Positions 1 to 13,049 of a stretch of 64,000 nucleotides of DNA are shown here, in pieces. Numbering within the stretch: the first letter of the stretch is position 1; the number at the start of each line of letters is the position of its first letter. The DNA comes from Neoconidiobolus thromboides FSU 785 (Eukaryota > Fungi > Entomophthoromycota). The stretch lies in contig MU626341.1 in the NCBI GenBank assembly GCA_025603075.1, forward strand, positions 25,153 to 89,152, written 5' to 3'. Under the pieces are notes generated by a model that saw nothing but the letters and a program-made list of their open reading frames with translations, had not been told where the DNA came from and did no database searches. The position numbers and the translations under genes are program-made.

Positions 1-804
1 AATTAAAATTTATCAGTTTTTGTACCAATCTGAACTTCATTTATTGATTAAAATTCAATTTATTGAAATTTGGATTGATACTTTTATTGCCAAATAAGTT
101 TAATAGAATTTTACCAGACTCCAATTTATTGAGTATACTAAAAAGTATCCTTCCGTTAGGTAATACAAATTCTTTTTAATAGTAGCCGATAGTTCTTATT
201 ATCTCAAAATTAATTAAAAGTGAGATAGTTTTAGAAGTCCATAATAACGCCATTCTATGGACAATTGTTAATCTTAGTCTTTTTAATATTAGAATTACTT
301 TGGTATTGATGATTGTATTCATCTAAATAAATGGAAAGTCAGAAATAAAAGACAAATTTCATCAAAAGCTTTTGTATCTATTTTGTTTAAAAGTAACTTG
401 ATTAAGTAACTTTAGAGTTTAAGAATGATGTTAACAGTGTTTATAGAATATCATAATAATACCTTTTAAAAATAAATTATTTGAAAAAAGATGCCAACCT
501 TTATTCTATTACCCTATTATGTAGTTAAGTTTGTCCAATTTTGTGCCAATGAAATTTAAAGATATTGACTATTATTATATTAAGTTAAAGGTAATACCGA
601 ATTTATGAAAGTAAATCAAGGATAACTACTAGCTATTTTGATCTATTAATATATTGAAGTAGAATTAAATCAAATAATTTATGATTAGAACTAAGATTAG
701 AAAATAGAATCCAAGATTTAGGAATGGCTCTAAGAATTTAAATAAACATAGGGAAGGTCTTAATTTGATTTTGTCTCAAACTTATAAAACTTCATATCTT
801 ATAT

Positions 805-903
805 GAAGTGTTTTGTTTAATTTTATCACTTTTTCTACCTTCTAAGCGCTATTTAAGTGGAGAAATTATTAGTAAAATTCTTAAACATAAAAATACATCT
901 CCC
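805..903 (-). mobile_element. ~98-bp MITE family copy, followed by a partial fragment at ~906-940
   Basis: Reverse-orientation match to the consensus GGGGATGTATTTTTGTGTTTAAGAATTTTACTAACAAATTTTCCGCTCAAATAGCGCTTAAAAAATGGAAAAATAATGAAGTCAAAAAAAACACTCCC; flanks ATAT/ATTT. Confidence 0.85.
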
Positions 904-1499
904 ATTTTTCGGTTTCATTATTTTTTCAATTTTTAAGTATTATTGAATATAAAAAAAGGTTAATGAATTAAATAATAATATCATCCCCATATTTTATTTC
1001 ACTTTACGCTATCTCAACTTTACTTGTCTAAATCAACTTATACAAAACAATATAAAGCAATAAGTACAACTCGATTTATTTTAAAGCAGATATTCTCCAA
1101 TTAATGCATCTTCCACATATCACTTAATTAATCTTTACCTCTTTTCTAAGCCTCCTTTTTCACACTGTATCACAACTTATTTGTCTATTATTTCACTTTT
1201 ATCATTATTTTTAATTTATTAGTATAATACTTGGTAGTTACTTTTTCAATGTAAAAAAATAAAGCTTGTTCTTAGATTCAAAACTTTTTTTAGTACTTAT
1301 GCATTATACGACTGTTTAAGTTTAATTACCAATATGTAACTGTTTATTTAAGAATAAATTTTTAGTCACAAATTTTCAAAGAGTAAGGACTAGGTCATGA
1401 AAAAACCAATTAAATAAATAGAAGTTAAAGTTTTTTCATAAACAAACATATTTGAATTTAAAAACTGTAACTAATAAATTCAACTCAGAAAAAGTAAAT

Positions 1500-1597
1500 G
1501 AGGATGTATTTTTGTGTTTAAGAATTTTACTAACAAATTTTCCACTCAAATAGTGCTTAAAAAACGGAAAAATAATGAAATCAAAAAAAACAGCCCC
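1500..1597 (+). mobile_element. MITE copy
   Basis: Full-length consensus match; direct 4-bp flanks AAAT/AAAT. Confidence 0.9.
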
Positions 1598-2090
1598 AAA
1601 TCATAAAATTCAAAACTAGTCACACTTTTTTAGTGGGTCCAAAATTAATTAAGGGGTTTATTAAAATAAAAAGATGTCTATAAAAAATTTTGTTTTTTAT
1701 TTTAAAATATTAATTAAATACTTTTAAATATTTAACTATATTTAAAATAAATTAAAATTAACATAAAATTTAAAAATAAATTAATTTTAGTTAAAGAATT
1801 TAATAATATTATATGGCTGACTTATTCTTTAAACTAAAAATAAAATGGAGTAATAATGCAATGTACTAAGAATCCTAAATGCTATAATAAACTTAATAAA
1901 CTTTTTGAAAAATATGGAAGGATACAAAAAAGGTAACATAAACCATAACTAATAATTTATTAAACATAATATTTGATTATAATAAATTTTTCATTATAAT
2001 AAAATTTTTATTATACGTTTAAAAAAATTAAAATTAAACCTAAAATATACAAATACACGATACAAAAGTCACAACTAGTTACGTAAAACT

Positions 2091-3446
2091 CTATGATAAT
2101 GGGGAATAAGAGTTGAGATTATTAGTTTGAAACAATTCTTGGAAGTGTTCCTCTGAATTGAAGTCAATCTGGGCTATTTCTTCAGTATTATCTCCTTCTT
2201 TTTTCATTGAAAATTTCATAAGATCTTCTGGAAGTTTGGCCATATTCCTTAGATTAATATCTTTAGATGTCAAAGCTACCATATCTTCCATAAGTAAATT
2301 TAATGGCCCATATAATGTATGTTTAAAAAATCGAGTGGCTTGCATATTTTCAGTAAAATCATTACATGGTGCCCACATCAATTGACCTTGTACATTGGCT
2401 TCCATAAAAAAAGAGGGTACTTGGTTAGTATCAAAGATTGCATTTGCTTGATTATAACCATCATCAATTGGCTTAATTGTAATCGATACAATTGCTGAAA
2501 ATGGAATTTCCATCTTAAACTTCATACCACCATCTGCGATGTGCCAAGTTAATACACGTTGTGATAAGTTATAGATACATTGTAAATCCCCTTTTTGTAC
2601 TGTACGACGACGCCAGCTTCCAATGCTCAAGACATCACATCGAATTTCACCCATTATACTATTAGGATCATTTTGTTTGTTAACTGAGCCTAAAAATGGT
2701 GAAGAGATACTTCCAAGGCTTAATGATCTAGGTTGAATAGTAGCTTTACCATTAAAAGTAGCAGGGTAAGAAAGATTAGGATTATCTAAAGCTTGAGAAG
2801 CAGTGACAAAAGGATCAATATGATTATTGTTCATTATACTGAATCCATTGTTATAATGGACATTGAAAGGAGAAGAATGATAGCTCATATTATTTAAGTA
2901 ATTATTGTTATACATTTGATGTTTCATAGCCTCTTCTTGAAGCATATAGTTACGCTTTTGCATCAATTTTACCTTAGCACGTCGGTTTTGGAACCAGATC
3001 TGAACTGAGCGTTCACTCATATTGACTTTTTCAGCTAAGATTTCTCTAGCTCTACTATTTGGTGAACTATTATGAGAAAAAGCTTCTTCGAGAATAGATA
3101 ATTGATCTGCATTAGCTCGAGTTCTTTTTCTTTGATTTGAAGAAGATGAGTCAAGTTTTTCTCTTTGTATTGGAGAGCTGGCTGCTTTATCTTTCATTTC
3201 ACTGGATCGAGAAATCCCACAAGATTTATTGGAGCCAAATACATGGTCTAAGCTACTTGCTTTCATATCAAGATCTATCATTGGCGATTTTGTAAAGTTT
3301 ATAGAGTTTACTAAGTCATTTGAGGGGTAAGACATGATGTTAGAAGTGGAGCGAGCTAACGTAGACAGGTTATAAGAGTAATGATGGTTTGGATTTTCGG
3401 GACCAAAATTAACAGTTGGGAAATGTAAGTTTAAATTATTTTCCAT
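2091..3446 (-). CDS. Homeodomain transcription factor (HOY1/Phx1/Pah1-like, with conserved C-terminal PH-like region)
   Basis: 451-aa intronless ORF; homeodomain RKRTRANADQLSILEEAF...VQIWFQNRRAK; downstream LSIGSWRR...FKMEIPF block typical of HOY1-type fungal homeoproteins. Confidence 0.9.
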   Translation of the reverse strand: MENNLNLHFPTVNFGPENPNHHYSYNLSTLARSTSNIMSYPSNDLVNSINFTKSPMIDLDMKASSLDHVFGSNKSCGISRSSEMKDKAASSPIQREKLDSSSSNQRKRTRANADQLSILEEAFSHNSSPNSRAREILAEKVNMSERSVQIWFQNRRAKVKLMQKRNYMLQEEAMKHQMYNNNYLNNMSYHSSPFNVHYNNGFSIMNNNHIDPFVTASQALDNPNLSYPATFNGKATIQPRSLSLGSISSPFLGSVNKQNDPNSIMGEIRCDVLSIGSWRRRTVQKGDLQCIYNLSQRVLTWHIADGGMKFKMEIPFSAIVSITIKPIDDGYNQANAIFDTNQVPSFFMEANVQGQLMWAPCNDFTENMQATRFFKHTLYGPLNLLMEDMVALTSKDINLRNMAKLPEDLMKFSMKKEGDNTEEIAQIDFNSEEHFQELFQTNNLNSYSPLS

Positions 3447-5061
3447 AAGGACTTGGAAGTAAAATTAGGTAATATATAATTAAAAAAGAAAAGTTTAATA
3501 AACTTTGAATAGTGGTAAGTGAGAATAAAATGGTAGAAAGAGAAGAACGATGAATTTTTATAGGAGTTGCTAACTCCAATTCTTGCGTTAAAAAGTGGAA
3601 TTAGTGGTGAAATTTTTCCCCCTTTGCTTACCAGATTGGTGGCTAAAACAGGAATAGATTCTTGAATATTAAGCCCTCGAATTATGCTATGAAGTTACTT
3701 GAGTTAAATTTGGTGAATACTTAGGCCAGACTTGAGCTTGCTCTAGAAAAGTGGAAATAAATGACATAATCCTAATTCTTTCATTGTCATTGAGATAAGT
3801 TAAAGCTCAAATTGAATACAATATTCTTATACTTTCATTGGTTTATCTTAAGAAAATTAATAATTAATTTAGTTGAATTTTAGTTGGAAATTATGCTTTA
3901 AGATACTTTATTTAGAATTTATTAGTGTTTATAGATTCAGCGGGGTTATTCATTTTTTCAAACTAACCGCGAATTGGGTAGAAATATTGATATTTAACAT
4001 TTGTTAATATTCTAGACAAATTTAAGTTTAGAGCTATATAAAATATGAATAAAACAGAAAAGAAGTTTAATAATAACTTGTATAGAATATATTGTACTGA
4101 AAACTACTACAAAACGCTACTAAAATCTGAAGCAAAAGTTGAGCATAATATCTCATTACTTTAACAATCTTTATTTAAGATCAAATCAAATGTTGATGAC
4201 AATTGCATAAACGTTAGTTTTAAAACATTAATTTATTATGTATTCATTCTTTTATAAACAATTTAACCTCTCTTTACTCCGAGATTAATATGAAACAATT
4301 CCTTTTTATAAGTACCAATTTTAAATTTAAACTAAACTACCATTTTAATGTTGTATAACAAAATGATAATTTTGCTTTAATATTATATTAATAATACACT
4401 TAATTCAGAGCATTTATAATAGCAAATACTATACAATCAATATAATAAGATAGAAATGAATTTTTAAAATAGTTAAATTGGTATTATTTTTTTACAGTTA
4501 CTTTTAAAACCTGGTCTGTGGATGATTTAATTATTAATTATTTAGATTAATATACAGCTGGACCCTTTTTTTATTTAAAAAAATATAATAACTAGACAAA
4601 ACATAGGATACTATGTCTTGTAACTGAGAATTGTTTAAAAAATTGTTTACCGCAAAACTTGATCTTGTTATTTTTTTAAATCTATCAATATTTTTGCCTT
4701 AATTTTTACAAACAGTAAAATGATACATATTCGAGGTACATTTTGTTAAAAGTTAAAAGATCAAGCAACTATCTATTTATACCAAGTGTTCTAAAATCAT
4801 TGATTAAATTATTTACTAAAATTAAACAACTAATTGTTAAATAATAGGCTTATTTAACTCAATTGTTATAATTCATAATTTGCAAATAGTGACAACCAAT
4901 TAAATGTTTAAATTCATACTATTTGCAAACTCAATTGGAGTAGTTAGTTTCTATTTTCAAATAGAAACTTATACCAATTAGGAAGTTAAATGTACCTGCT
5001 ATTTCGCACTTATATTTTCATTTGTTATCAATTGGTTTATTTTATTAGTGTTTGATAAGTT

Positions 5062-5153
5062 AGAGATGTATTTTTCAAAAAAATTACTAATAGCCTTTCC
5101 ACTCAAATAACGGTCAAAAATAGAAGAAATGATGAAATCAAAAAAACACCCTC
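5062..5153 (+). mobile_element. Degenerate MITE copy
   Basis: GAGATGTATTTTT...TTCCACTCAAATAACG...ATGAAATCAAAAAAACACCCTC. Confidence 0.75.
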
Positions 5154-5903
5154 AATGAGTAAGATAAAATTGTAATAACATAATAATATATAATGGTATG
5201 TGTATTAAAACTAAAGTAGAAGATGGCTTGAAATTATTAAAAGTAATTCTGGATGTTTTCTAAATTTACTAGGATTTTACATAATTTATTTTTTTATGAA
5301 AAGATAAAAATAAATTTTACATGTGTCAGAGTATGTTAATTCAACTTTAAATTAGACAATTTTGAACTAACTTTAAATTTCTCATATTTAATTTTACACT
5401 TTTAATGTCTAGAAAACTTATACTTGATTTTTTTGCAAAAAACCAAAGTTAATTATGGCCAAGTCTAACAAGTAATGGTTTTTTTTAATTTTAAGTTGCC
5501 TAGAAAATGAACAGAACACCAAAATGAAAAAAGAGTTCACATCTGAATTTTGCTTTTAAACAGTTTCACCTATTTAGTCGGGTTTTTATCAGGGTTGGTT
5601 CCTCTCTTAGTTCTTTTTTACAACGAATCCACTACTAATTACTTAACTTATTTTATATTTTAAAAAAAATCAGCATCTTGTTTATTTTGAAGATTATGAA
5701 AGATAAGTTTGGTTACAAATACTTAAGCCATCATTATTGTTTGATTTTTTTCAATTGGTTTTTTATACAAAGGATTTGTAATAGCAAATTATTACTCCTT
5801 TTTAGTATCAACTACATATTAAGGTTTCTTTTATATAACTAATAATCAAACAGATCAAGTATAGTATGTATGTTAATCTTTAATTGTTTTATATTTTACA
5901 TAT

Positions 5904-5976
5904 GGAGGATGTCTTTTTTGATTTTATTATTTTATTATTTTACATATGTTTTTAATAAATTTCTTAAGACACCCCC
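5904..5976 (-). mobile_element. Internally deleted MITE copy
   Basis: Both termini (GGAGGATGTC...GACACCCCC) with ATAT/ATAT flanks; core missing. Confidence 0.6.
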
Positions 5977-6062
5977 ATATCTACTTTTTATATTAAAACT
6001 TTTTATGTTAATGGAATCTAATGAGTATGCTAATCAATAACTTTTAATTTAAAATATGGTTC

Positions 6063-6159
6063 GGGGATGTTTCTTTGACTTCATCACTTTTCCATTTTTT
6101 AGGTCCTGTTTGGGTGGAAAAACTATCACTAAAATTCTTAAACATAAAAATACATCTCT
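6063..6159 (-). mobile_element. MITE copy
   Basis: Reverse consensus match; flanks GTTC/ATTC (1 mismatch). Confidence 0.8.
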
Positions 6160-6443
6160 ATTCGTTAAAGTTTTATACTTAAAAATTTTAACCTATTTAT
6201 TTTGTTTAAATAAAGTTAGATGATTTTACATTTTACATTTTACAGCCCGTTATATGTTAATGATTACATTGTCATTTTTACTATCCTATTTAACTTTAAT
6301 GGACAAGATTCTTAATATAATACATAGTCATAATTTATATACTTAGATCTTGAATTTATTTTTAAATAAAAATTGTGATCTTCTAAATTGTGGTTAAAAA
6401 CTTGAAGTTATTTTATCAATGGATGTAAAATGAGATAAAACTA

Positions 6444-7244
6444 TGTAATTAGGGGATATAACTTAAAAGTAAAAGAGTTTAAGGGGTGAGGTGGAAAGGC
6501 AGGAAGTAGTATAATTAAGCAATCAGTAGGAGGTACTGAAGTTCAAGAGTACTCACTTTAGATCTGAAGAGAACAGATTTAGCTGCTTTAAGCTCGTGTT
6601 TGTAAACTTATACAAATAGTAAATAAGGTAATGATAGCTTTGGCCGAGCAGAAGTAAAGTCAACTGATAACTCTGAATAGCAAAAATCAATGGCCAAAGT
6701 TTCAGTAGCCAGAACGAACGCCAAGGAAAAGGGCATGAAGACCTTTGTGAAATATTGCCTTGTCAGCTCCACGATTGATTATAGCATAATAATCACTTAA
6801 GCTGTTATGTTCTCGAGTTCAGAGACAATTGATCCCATGCTCTTATTTTGATTTGCTAAGAGAATTTCTGCCATATGACTCCGAAGGATATTATCTCCCC
6901 CCCGTTTTAATATCCATACTTATTGGAGTATAAAAGAGACTCTAGAACATAGTTACTCTAGGCCTTTTAACTGAATTATTCCCTGATATCTCCTATACTT
7001 AATAAAGCTACTAAGTTTACTTAATAGTATTTTACGTAGATTTTACATTAGTATATCTATTCTATTTGTCTTACATAGTCCGTAGCATATTACGTGCTAT
7101 TCTTCATAATTCAAGTCTATCTTAGTCACATAAACTAAGACCTTTCGACTTATAGTGTAGTCAACCCAGCAATAGCTGTTCTTGACTCCAAACCCTGAGT
7201 ACCAGATTTCACACCTTAAAGGATTTAGTGAGTTGAATAGAACA
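6444..7244 (-). mobile_element. Solo-LTR-like dispersed repeat (unclassified)
   Basis: Higher-GC non-coding block bounded by TGT...ACA; 6742-7215 is clearly homologous, inverted, to 51099-51568. No TSD recognised. Confidence 0.5.
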
Positions 7245-7299
7245 AGGTTTGAGGTAGTTAGATACAAATCTGATTTAATTCAATAAACGAAAACTATAT

Positions 7300-7398
7300 G
7301 GGGATGTACTTTTTTGTTTAAGGATTTTACTAACAATCTTTTCACTCAAATAGCGTTTAAGAGATGGAGAAAATAATGAAACTAAAAAAGCCATCCTC
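7300..7398 (+). mobile_element. MITE copy
   Basis: Full-length; ATAT/ATAT flanks. Confidence 0.9.
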
Positions 7399-8368
7399 AT
7401 ATATTAGAATTGAATTTTCGAATTTACTAATCTAAGATATTTAATTCAATACTATATTAAACACATTTTGAAGTTCTTCGCTTATTCAATATATCAGAAG
7501 TTTTTCTTTCATATTTTGACACCATTAACTTGAATCAAATTATTATTCACATACAATACATACCATCTTGCTTCAACCTCAATTACCTTACTTTGAATTT
7601 ATCTTGAATCAAATAATTTCCCGTCATAATAACACTATATAGAGTTTATTAGGCTTAAAGCTTATTAACTTTTATAATTAATCCTGTTAAAAATGATTTT
7701 AATGCGAAGAAAAAGTTCAACTATTGTGGTCATAGCTTTAATTAAATTATCATATATTTTACTTTCCAAATTAATAATTAAAATTTAATACTTTGAATCA
7801 TGTTTTTTCCCATACTTTAAGATTTTATGTCTGAGTTGTCTAAGGTTGTATGCATGGCGTTAAATCGTAATTATTTTCTCATAATACATTTTAAATTTGG
7901 CTATGCTAATATTTTATTTAAAACTACTGCTCGTTCTGTTATGGACTATATATTTGAAATAATAATTGTATTTTTTTAACTCAAATGTAAATATTCCTTT
8001 CAGGCTGAATTTTTTAACGATTTGGTTCCAACAATCCTATTGGTGAATTACAAGTATTGAAAGCTATTTTCAGTTCTTCAATTCTTCTATGTTTAATATC
8101 AAGTTCTATTGCTATTTATGTCAATTAATTTATTATTTAGTCTTTTTGCTCTGATTGTTTGCAATTTTAGGACAGTAAAATTGAGTGGTTTCCTATTTTG
8201 TATTGGCTAATAACATTATTACAAAATGTGCTATATAAAATTAATATAATTCTTGTATTAATAATAAGGAATTAATTATAAATTTTTTGAAATTACTAAA
8301 TGGGTGAAATAACTTTGTAATATATAAAGAAGCGAAGTGAAATTTATTTTTGTTTTTTAATTTAAAAA

Positions 8369-9337
8369 ATGACTGGAGAACAATATATGGCAGGGGTAAA
8401 ACCCTTATCTCCTAATGAGATACCTGGATGGACTGCTCCAGTTTTATTTACTTTACTCATAATTGAATTGTTTGCTATAGCACTAAACGTTATTACTTTT
8501 TTCTTGATAAGAAAGCAAGGCTTTAAAACGGTAGACATGTGGATAGCGGCTATTCTTACAGTTGGAGATACTATTTATTTGATATATAAAATTGTACAAT
8601 CTGCTTTAGTTACAACTTACGACATTCAAACGATATTAATGGGAAGTGACGCTTATATGCAATTTGATGGGGCATTTGAGACTTTTATATTGTTGACTTC
8701 AATTAACTGTATGGGGGTTTTAGCTGCAATAAGGTTCTGGGGACTATACTTGAAAAAGCCTATTGTATCAAAATATTGGATACTGGCTTTTACTGTCGAA
8801 GAGATACTTATTTTGGTTGGTCTGATAGTTGCAGCCATATATAAAGAATTTGTTTTAGCTCCTGGGCAGCTTTATAATTGTATATATACTATCTCTACAT
8901 CTGGAATCACGAAATTTGTTATAACTTTACAAATTTTATATTTTCTATTAAACTGGGCTATTATAAATATTAGCTACCCACTTTTATGTAAAGGGTATTT
9001 AGAGCAACTTAGATATTATGATGTAGAGCAGGCTGCCAATCTTTATTCAATGAAACGATTCAGTAATGGGAAAAAAACGAGATTAATCGCAAAGACTGTG
9101 ATTCTTCTACTTTTATATAATTTTTGCATGGTGCCTAGTATAGTTGTTTTTTTCAAAGAGCAAATAACTGGGAATTTCAGAAGTTATAGTGAAGATTTTG
9201 TCTTCTCTTGTCCCTTATTTTTAGTGGCTCTTGTAAACCCATTAACTCTTTTGGTTCTTCACGACAATACTACCAAAATTTTCAAAGCTTCATTTGCTTC
9301 ATTCATTAACTCAATTAAATCTTACATATCAAAATAA
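8369..9337 (+). CDS. Class A (rhodopsin-like) 7TM receptor paralog 1
   Basis: 322 aa, seven hydrophobic segments; N1.50 (ALNVIT), D2.50 (LTVGD), R3.50 (AAIRFW), W4.50 (KYWIL), CMVP in TM6, NP in TM7. Confidence 0.85.
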   Translation: MTGEQYMAGVKPLSPNEIPGWTAPVLFTLLIIELFAIALNVITFFLIRKQGFKTVDMWIAAILTVGDTIYLIYKIVQSALVTTYDIQTILMGSDAYMQFDGAFETFILLTSINCMGVLAAIRFWGLYLKKPIVSKYWILAFTVEEILILVGLIVAAIYKEFVLAPGQLYNCIYTISTSGITKFVITLQILYFLLNWAIINISYPLLCKGYLEQLRYYDVEQAANLYSMKRFSNGKKTRLIAKTVILLLLYNFCMVPSIVVFFKEQITGNFRSYSEDFVFSCPLFLVALVNPLTLLVLHDNTTKIFKASFASFINSIKSYISK

Positions 9338-10917
9338 ATCAATATTTCAATCACCATATACTTTAATATATCCTTACTATTAAACTTATTTGAATATCTT
9401 TAACTTTTATTTTTCTTGGAATATTAACATTAATGTTTATCCCGTATATAACCAAATGTTCCAGTTATTTGTTACTACCAAATAACTTCTTTTTAGAAAA
9501 TAAATCAATTATGCTATTACTTTTAAAAACCGGTCATACAAATAGAATATAATCATCTAAAACAATAACATGTAAATGTATTTATTTCCTATTTAGGTAG
9601 TTTCATAAAGATGTCTTTATGAATATCATATTTGAATATTTATAACTAAAATTCAACTTTCATAAAGCAATTGAATCAAATATACATACTTAATGCTGCC
9701 TAATTGTTATAAGCTATGAATTGTAACTATTTATATCATTTCGATTTTATAATTTGCTATCTTACGCAAATTATAAAAAAAATTATATTTTATTATAAAA
9801 GGGAAATATATTCAAAAACTGTTCCTTATTGAATTCTTTAACTCATCTTTCTATATTAAGAAGTGAATGATCAATTATATTACCTAATTAAAATAACATT
9901 ACCATGGAAAAAGTTTGAAAAATACAACTCTCAAATATGTTAATGTAGCATCAAAGTGAAGCTAGTAAAAGCTCATATTATTTACTCAAAAACGGGGGGT
10001 ATGACAAGTACTAATATCAAATATAATAGTTTTAGGCTACATTTGATATCTTATAAGATTTTATTATTATAATTTTATAAATCACCTTTTCACATACATA
10101 AACTTATTTTTAAGTCCCTTAGTTTATCAAGATTTTTAACTTATTTTAGCCAATAAATTTCTAACTAATTTGAATAATATATTATTTAAGTAGCAATATT
10201 AGTAACCAATAACCTAAACTAATAGATTAGAAGTTCTATCCAAAATGTAACATTGAACAAAAAGGCCTATTTGTTAGTTATTAATTGGTAGTATTTTAAG
10301 ATCGTCACTACATTATTATAGTTTACACATATTATTACTTAATATAATAACAACAACTTTTATAATAAATTTTTAACATTTGATTTATCAATTGTCAATG
10401 TTATATTTTCTGGTAAGTAACTTAAAACATCCTTTTGAAATAAAGTAATTTTATTCATATAAATTAATATCAATGTTGAATTTTTATTGATAAAAACATT
10501 AATAAAAATAGTTTTGATGACTATAATTATGTTTCATAAGTCGCTTTACTATCAGCTTTTAATGTTTGTTTAAAAAACTATGAATTTAATGATAGTTTAA
10601 TAATGTTAAATTTTAAATTTTAATTTTTAAGCTTCTTTTTTATATTTAGTACATTTTATGAATAATGTATTATCAAAAAAGCTAGTTCAACCCTTATTCA
10701 ATTAAAAATCATATTTTTAATTATTAAGTTGAATTGCTTAATAACTATAATATATTAAGCTACTTAATTAAGTTGAAATAAAAAACTCGTAATACGAATA
10801 ATCTCAAATACTAAAATATGTTCACAAACTAAACAAATACTTGGTATAGTTATTAGATATTACTATAAGATTAATACAAAATTAAAATTAAACTTTGTTA
10901 TATTTAAATAAAATAGA

Positions 10918-12612
10918 TCATTTATCGACCGCAAGACGCACAATATGAGCAATAGAAATGTCAATTAAATTTTCAATATGGTGCCGAATTTCTGGATGGA
11001 ATTTAAGGGTCATAGCAATATTAGCAAGTAGTTCTGAAATAACTTTCGAGTAATTTTCAAAATAGTCAGGAAACTGTTTAGTAACTTGTAAAAGGTGATA
11101 ACTAACAAAGGAGTTATTGGAATCTAGTAAATCAAATTTTAGCCAATAGCCAGGTATTCGATGCGTAAAAATAGAAAAAAACTCTTGAAGTTCTTCAATC
11201 CGTTGATCCATGTCCTTATAATAACCTTGATTGTTTAATTTAATGGACACCAAAAGTGACATTACTCTATTTAAGCCAACTACTAATTTGAGATTACGAT
11301 AATTTAAAATAGTTGGGTCTTGCTCAATCGTCGTGTTAAAAAAATATTCTTTATCAAAATGTGCTGGGAATAGTTTTTTAGCTTTAGTTTCTTCATTTTG
11401 ATAGTCCTCTCGTAAGGTATTAAGGTCAAGTGATTTGTCATAAAATTTTTGCCTAAGGAGCATTAATGTACTCATGTATTTAGATGTTCCATAGTACAAA
11501 GCACATACTCTAAAATTTTCTAAATGGGGTTCCAATCTTACTTTGGCCATTTCTTTGTAAAACTGTCACTGTTAAAAATAAATTTAATTTTTAAATAATA
11601 ATACCTTGTCACTATTGTCGCCTAAAAACGGTTAGTATAAGTATAAATAAATAAAAACAAACAAATACCATCCATATGATAGGTCATAATGTAAGGTTTT
11701 CCAAGAAGAATAGCGTTATTTGAGTCTATGTAATAACAAATTGCCCAAGTTGCTGCCCCTTCAAACTTTTCTTCCGTATGTGTGGAAGGATCCGAAAAAT
11801 ACCAACTTTGGTCATGAAGACCAAGGATTTTAGCGATACTATTTATAAATTGATTTATTTTATCATGAATAAAAGTGGTATTTCTTTACCTAATTGCAGA
11901 AGCTAATTTTTTTAGTCAATACTAACAAAAAAGAAGAATTTACCTAAATAAGAGTCCGATTTTTCGTTAAGACAAAAAGAAGACATATATGATGAGAGTA
12001 TTAAATAACTTTGAACTAATTCTATAGAGCTTTCGTACTTCCCACTAGATAAAATTCCAATGGCCCTTTCATAAAACACACTGTTACAATTACTGGGAGT
12101 TTGAGGTTGAATGAGAGAATTGAGCGAGTTTGAATATTTATACGCAATACAACATATACTATTTATCAAAGGGGATTTTTCTGGGTCTGAGTTTAATTCC
12201 TTATTTATCCTTGTTAAAGATATGAACGGTTTGAGTTTTTGGACTGTATTTAAATAACAGTCTACCAGATGATAGTAAATTGGTTTTATAACTATAAACT
12301 CAGTTACTCATACTTTTAATGATAAATTATTATTTTACTTAAGCTATTAAGGTTAAAACTAGATTCAATTAAAGGTTCAGAGCCACTTCTATTTACAGAC
12401 TCTGGGCTTGGTAGCTTTTGGAACTCCAACTCTAGCTCTTGTAACTTTTCTGAAATTTCTATCAATCTTTTATTTTTTTTTCGTTCCTCTGGGATAAAGC
12501 ATTCTATCTTCTTTAATTGGCATGATTCGCATGGCGGTGGCCCCCCACTACATTTCTTTTTGTTCTTTCTACATTGGTCACACGCTACTACTACTTTCTT
12601 GTTCTCGTCCAT
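10918..12612 (-). CDS. Zn(II)2Cys6 transcription factor with fungal-specific middle homology region, multi-exon
   Basis: ACDQCRKNKKKCSGGPPPCESCQLKKIEC cluster; spliced exons give LVDCYLNTVQKLKPF, LVQSYLILSSY and AKILGLHD...WAICYYIDSNNAILLGKP; ORFs 12316-12612, 11912-12169 and 10918-11550 are exons. Confidence 0.85.
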
Positions 12613-13049
12613 TGGAATTTAAGAAAAATCGAGTATAGAATAACTATACTCGATTTTTATGTTGATTACATCAACCAAATTAAATAAATCCTGAAGTTTG
12701 AAGAGCTGCAATTTTTGCTTTTAACATTTGAAATTATTATCAAACTAATTTGCTTAAATGTAGTCTGATAATAATGATTTATGTTTATTTTAACAAAGTT
12801 TCTTAGGGTTATTTATATATGATCACTAATGATAATGTTTATATTACAAAAATAAATTTTGTTTAGAAAAATCCAAATTTAATATTAATTTTAGATTTCA
12901 AACTGAGAAATATAAGGCTTTTACCAGAAAACTGAAAATTTAAGAACATTTTATTTGGTCGTTTTAAGGACATTTAAAATAAAATTTACTTTCATATAAA
13001 AACAATTAATTCAATTTATTAAGTAAAATTATACAATTTATAATATTAT

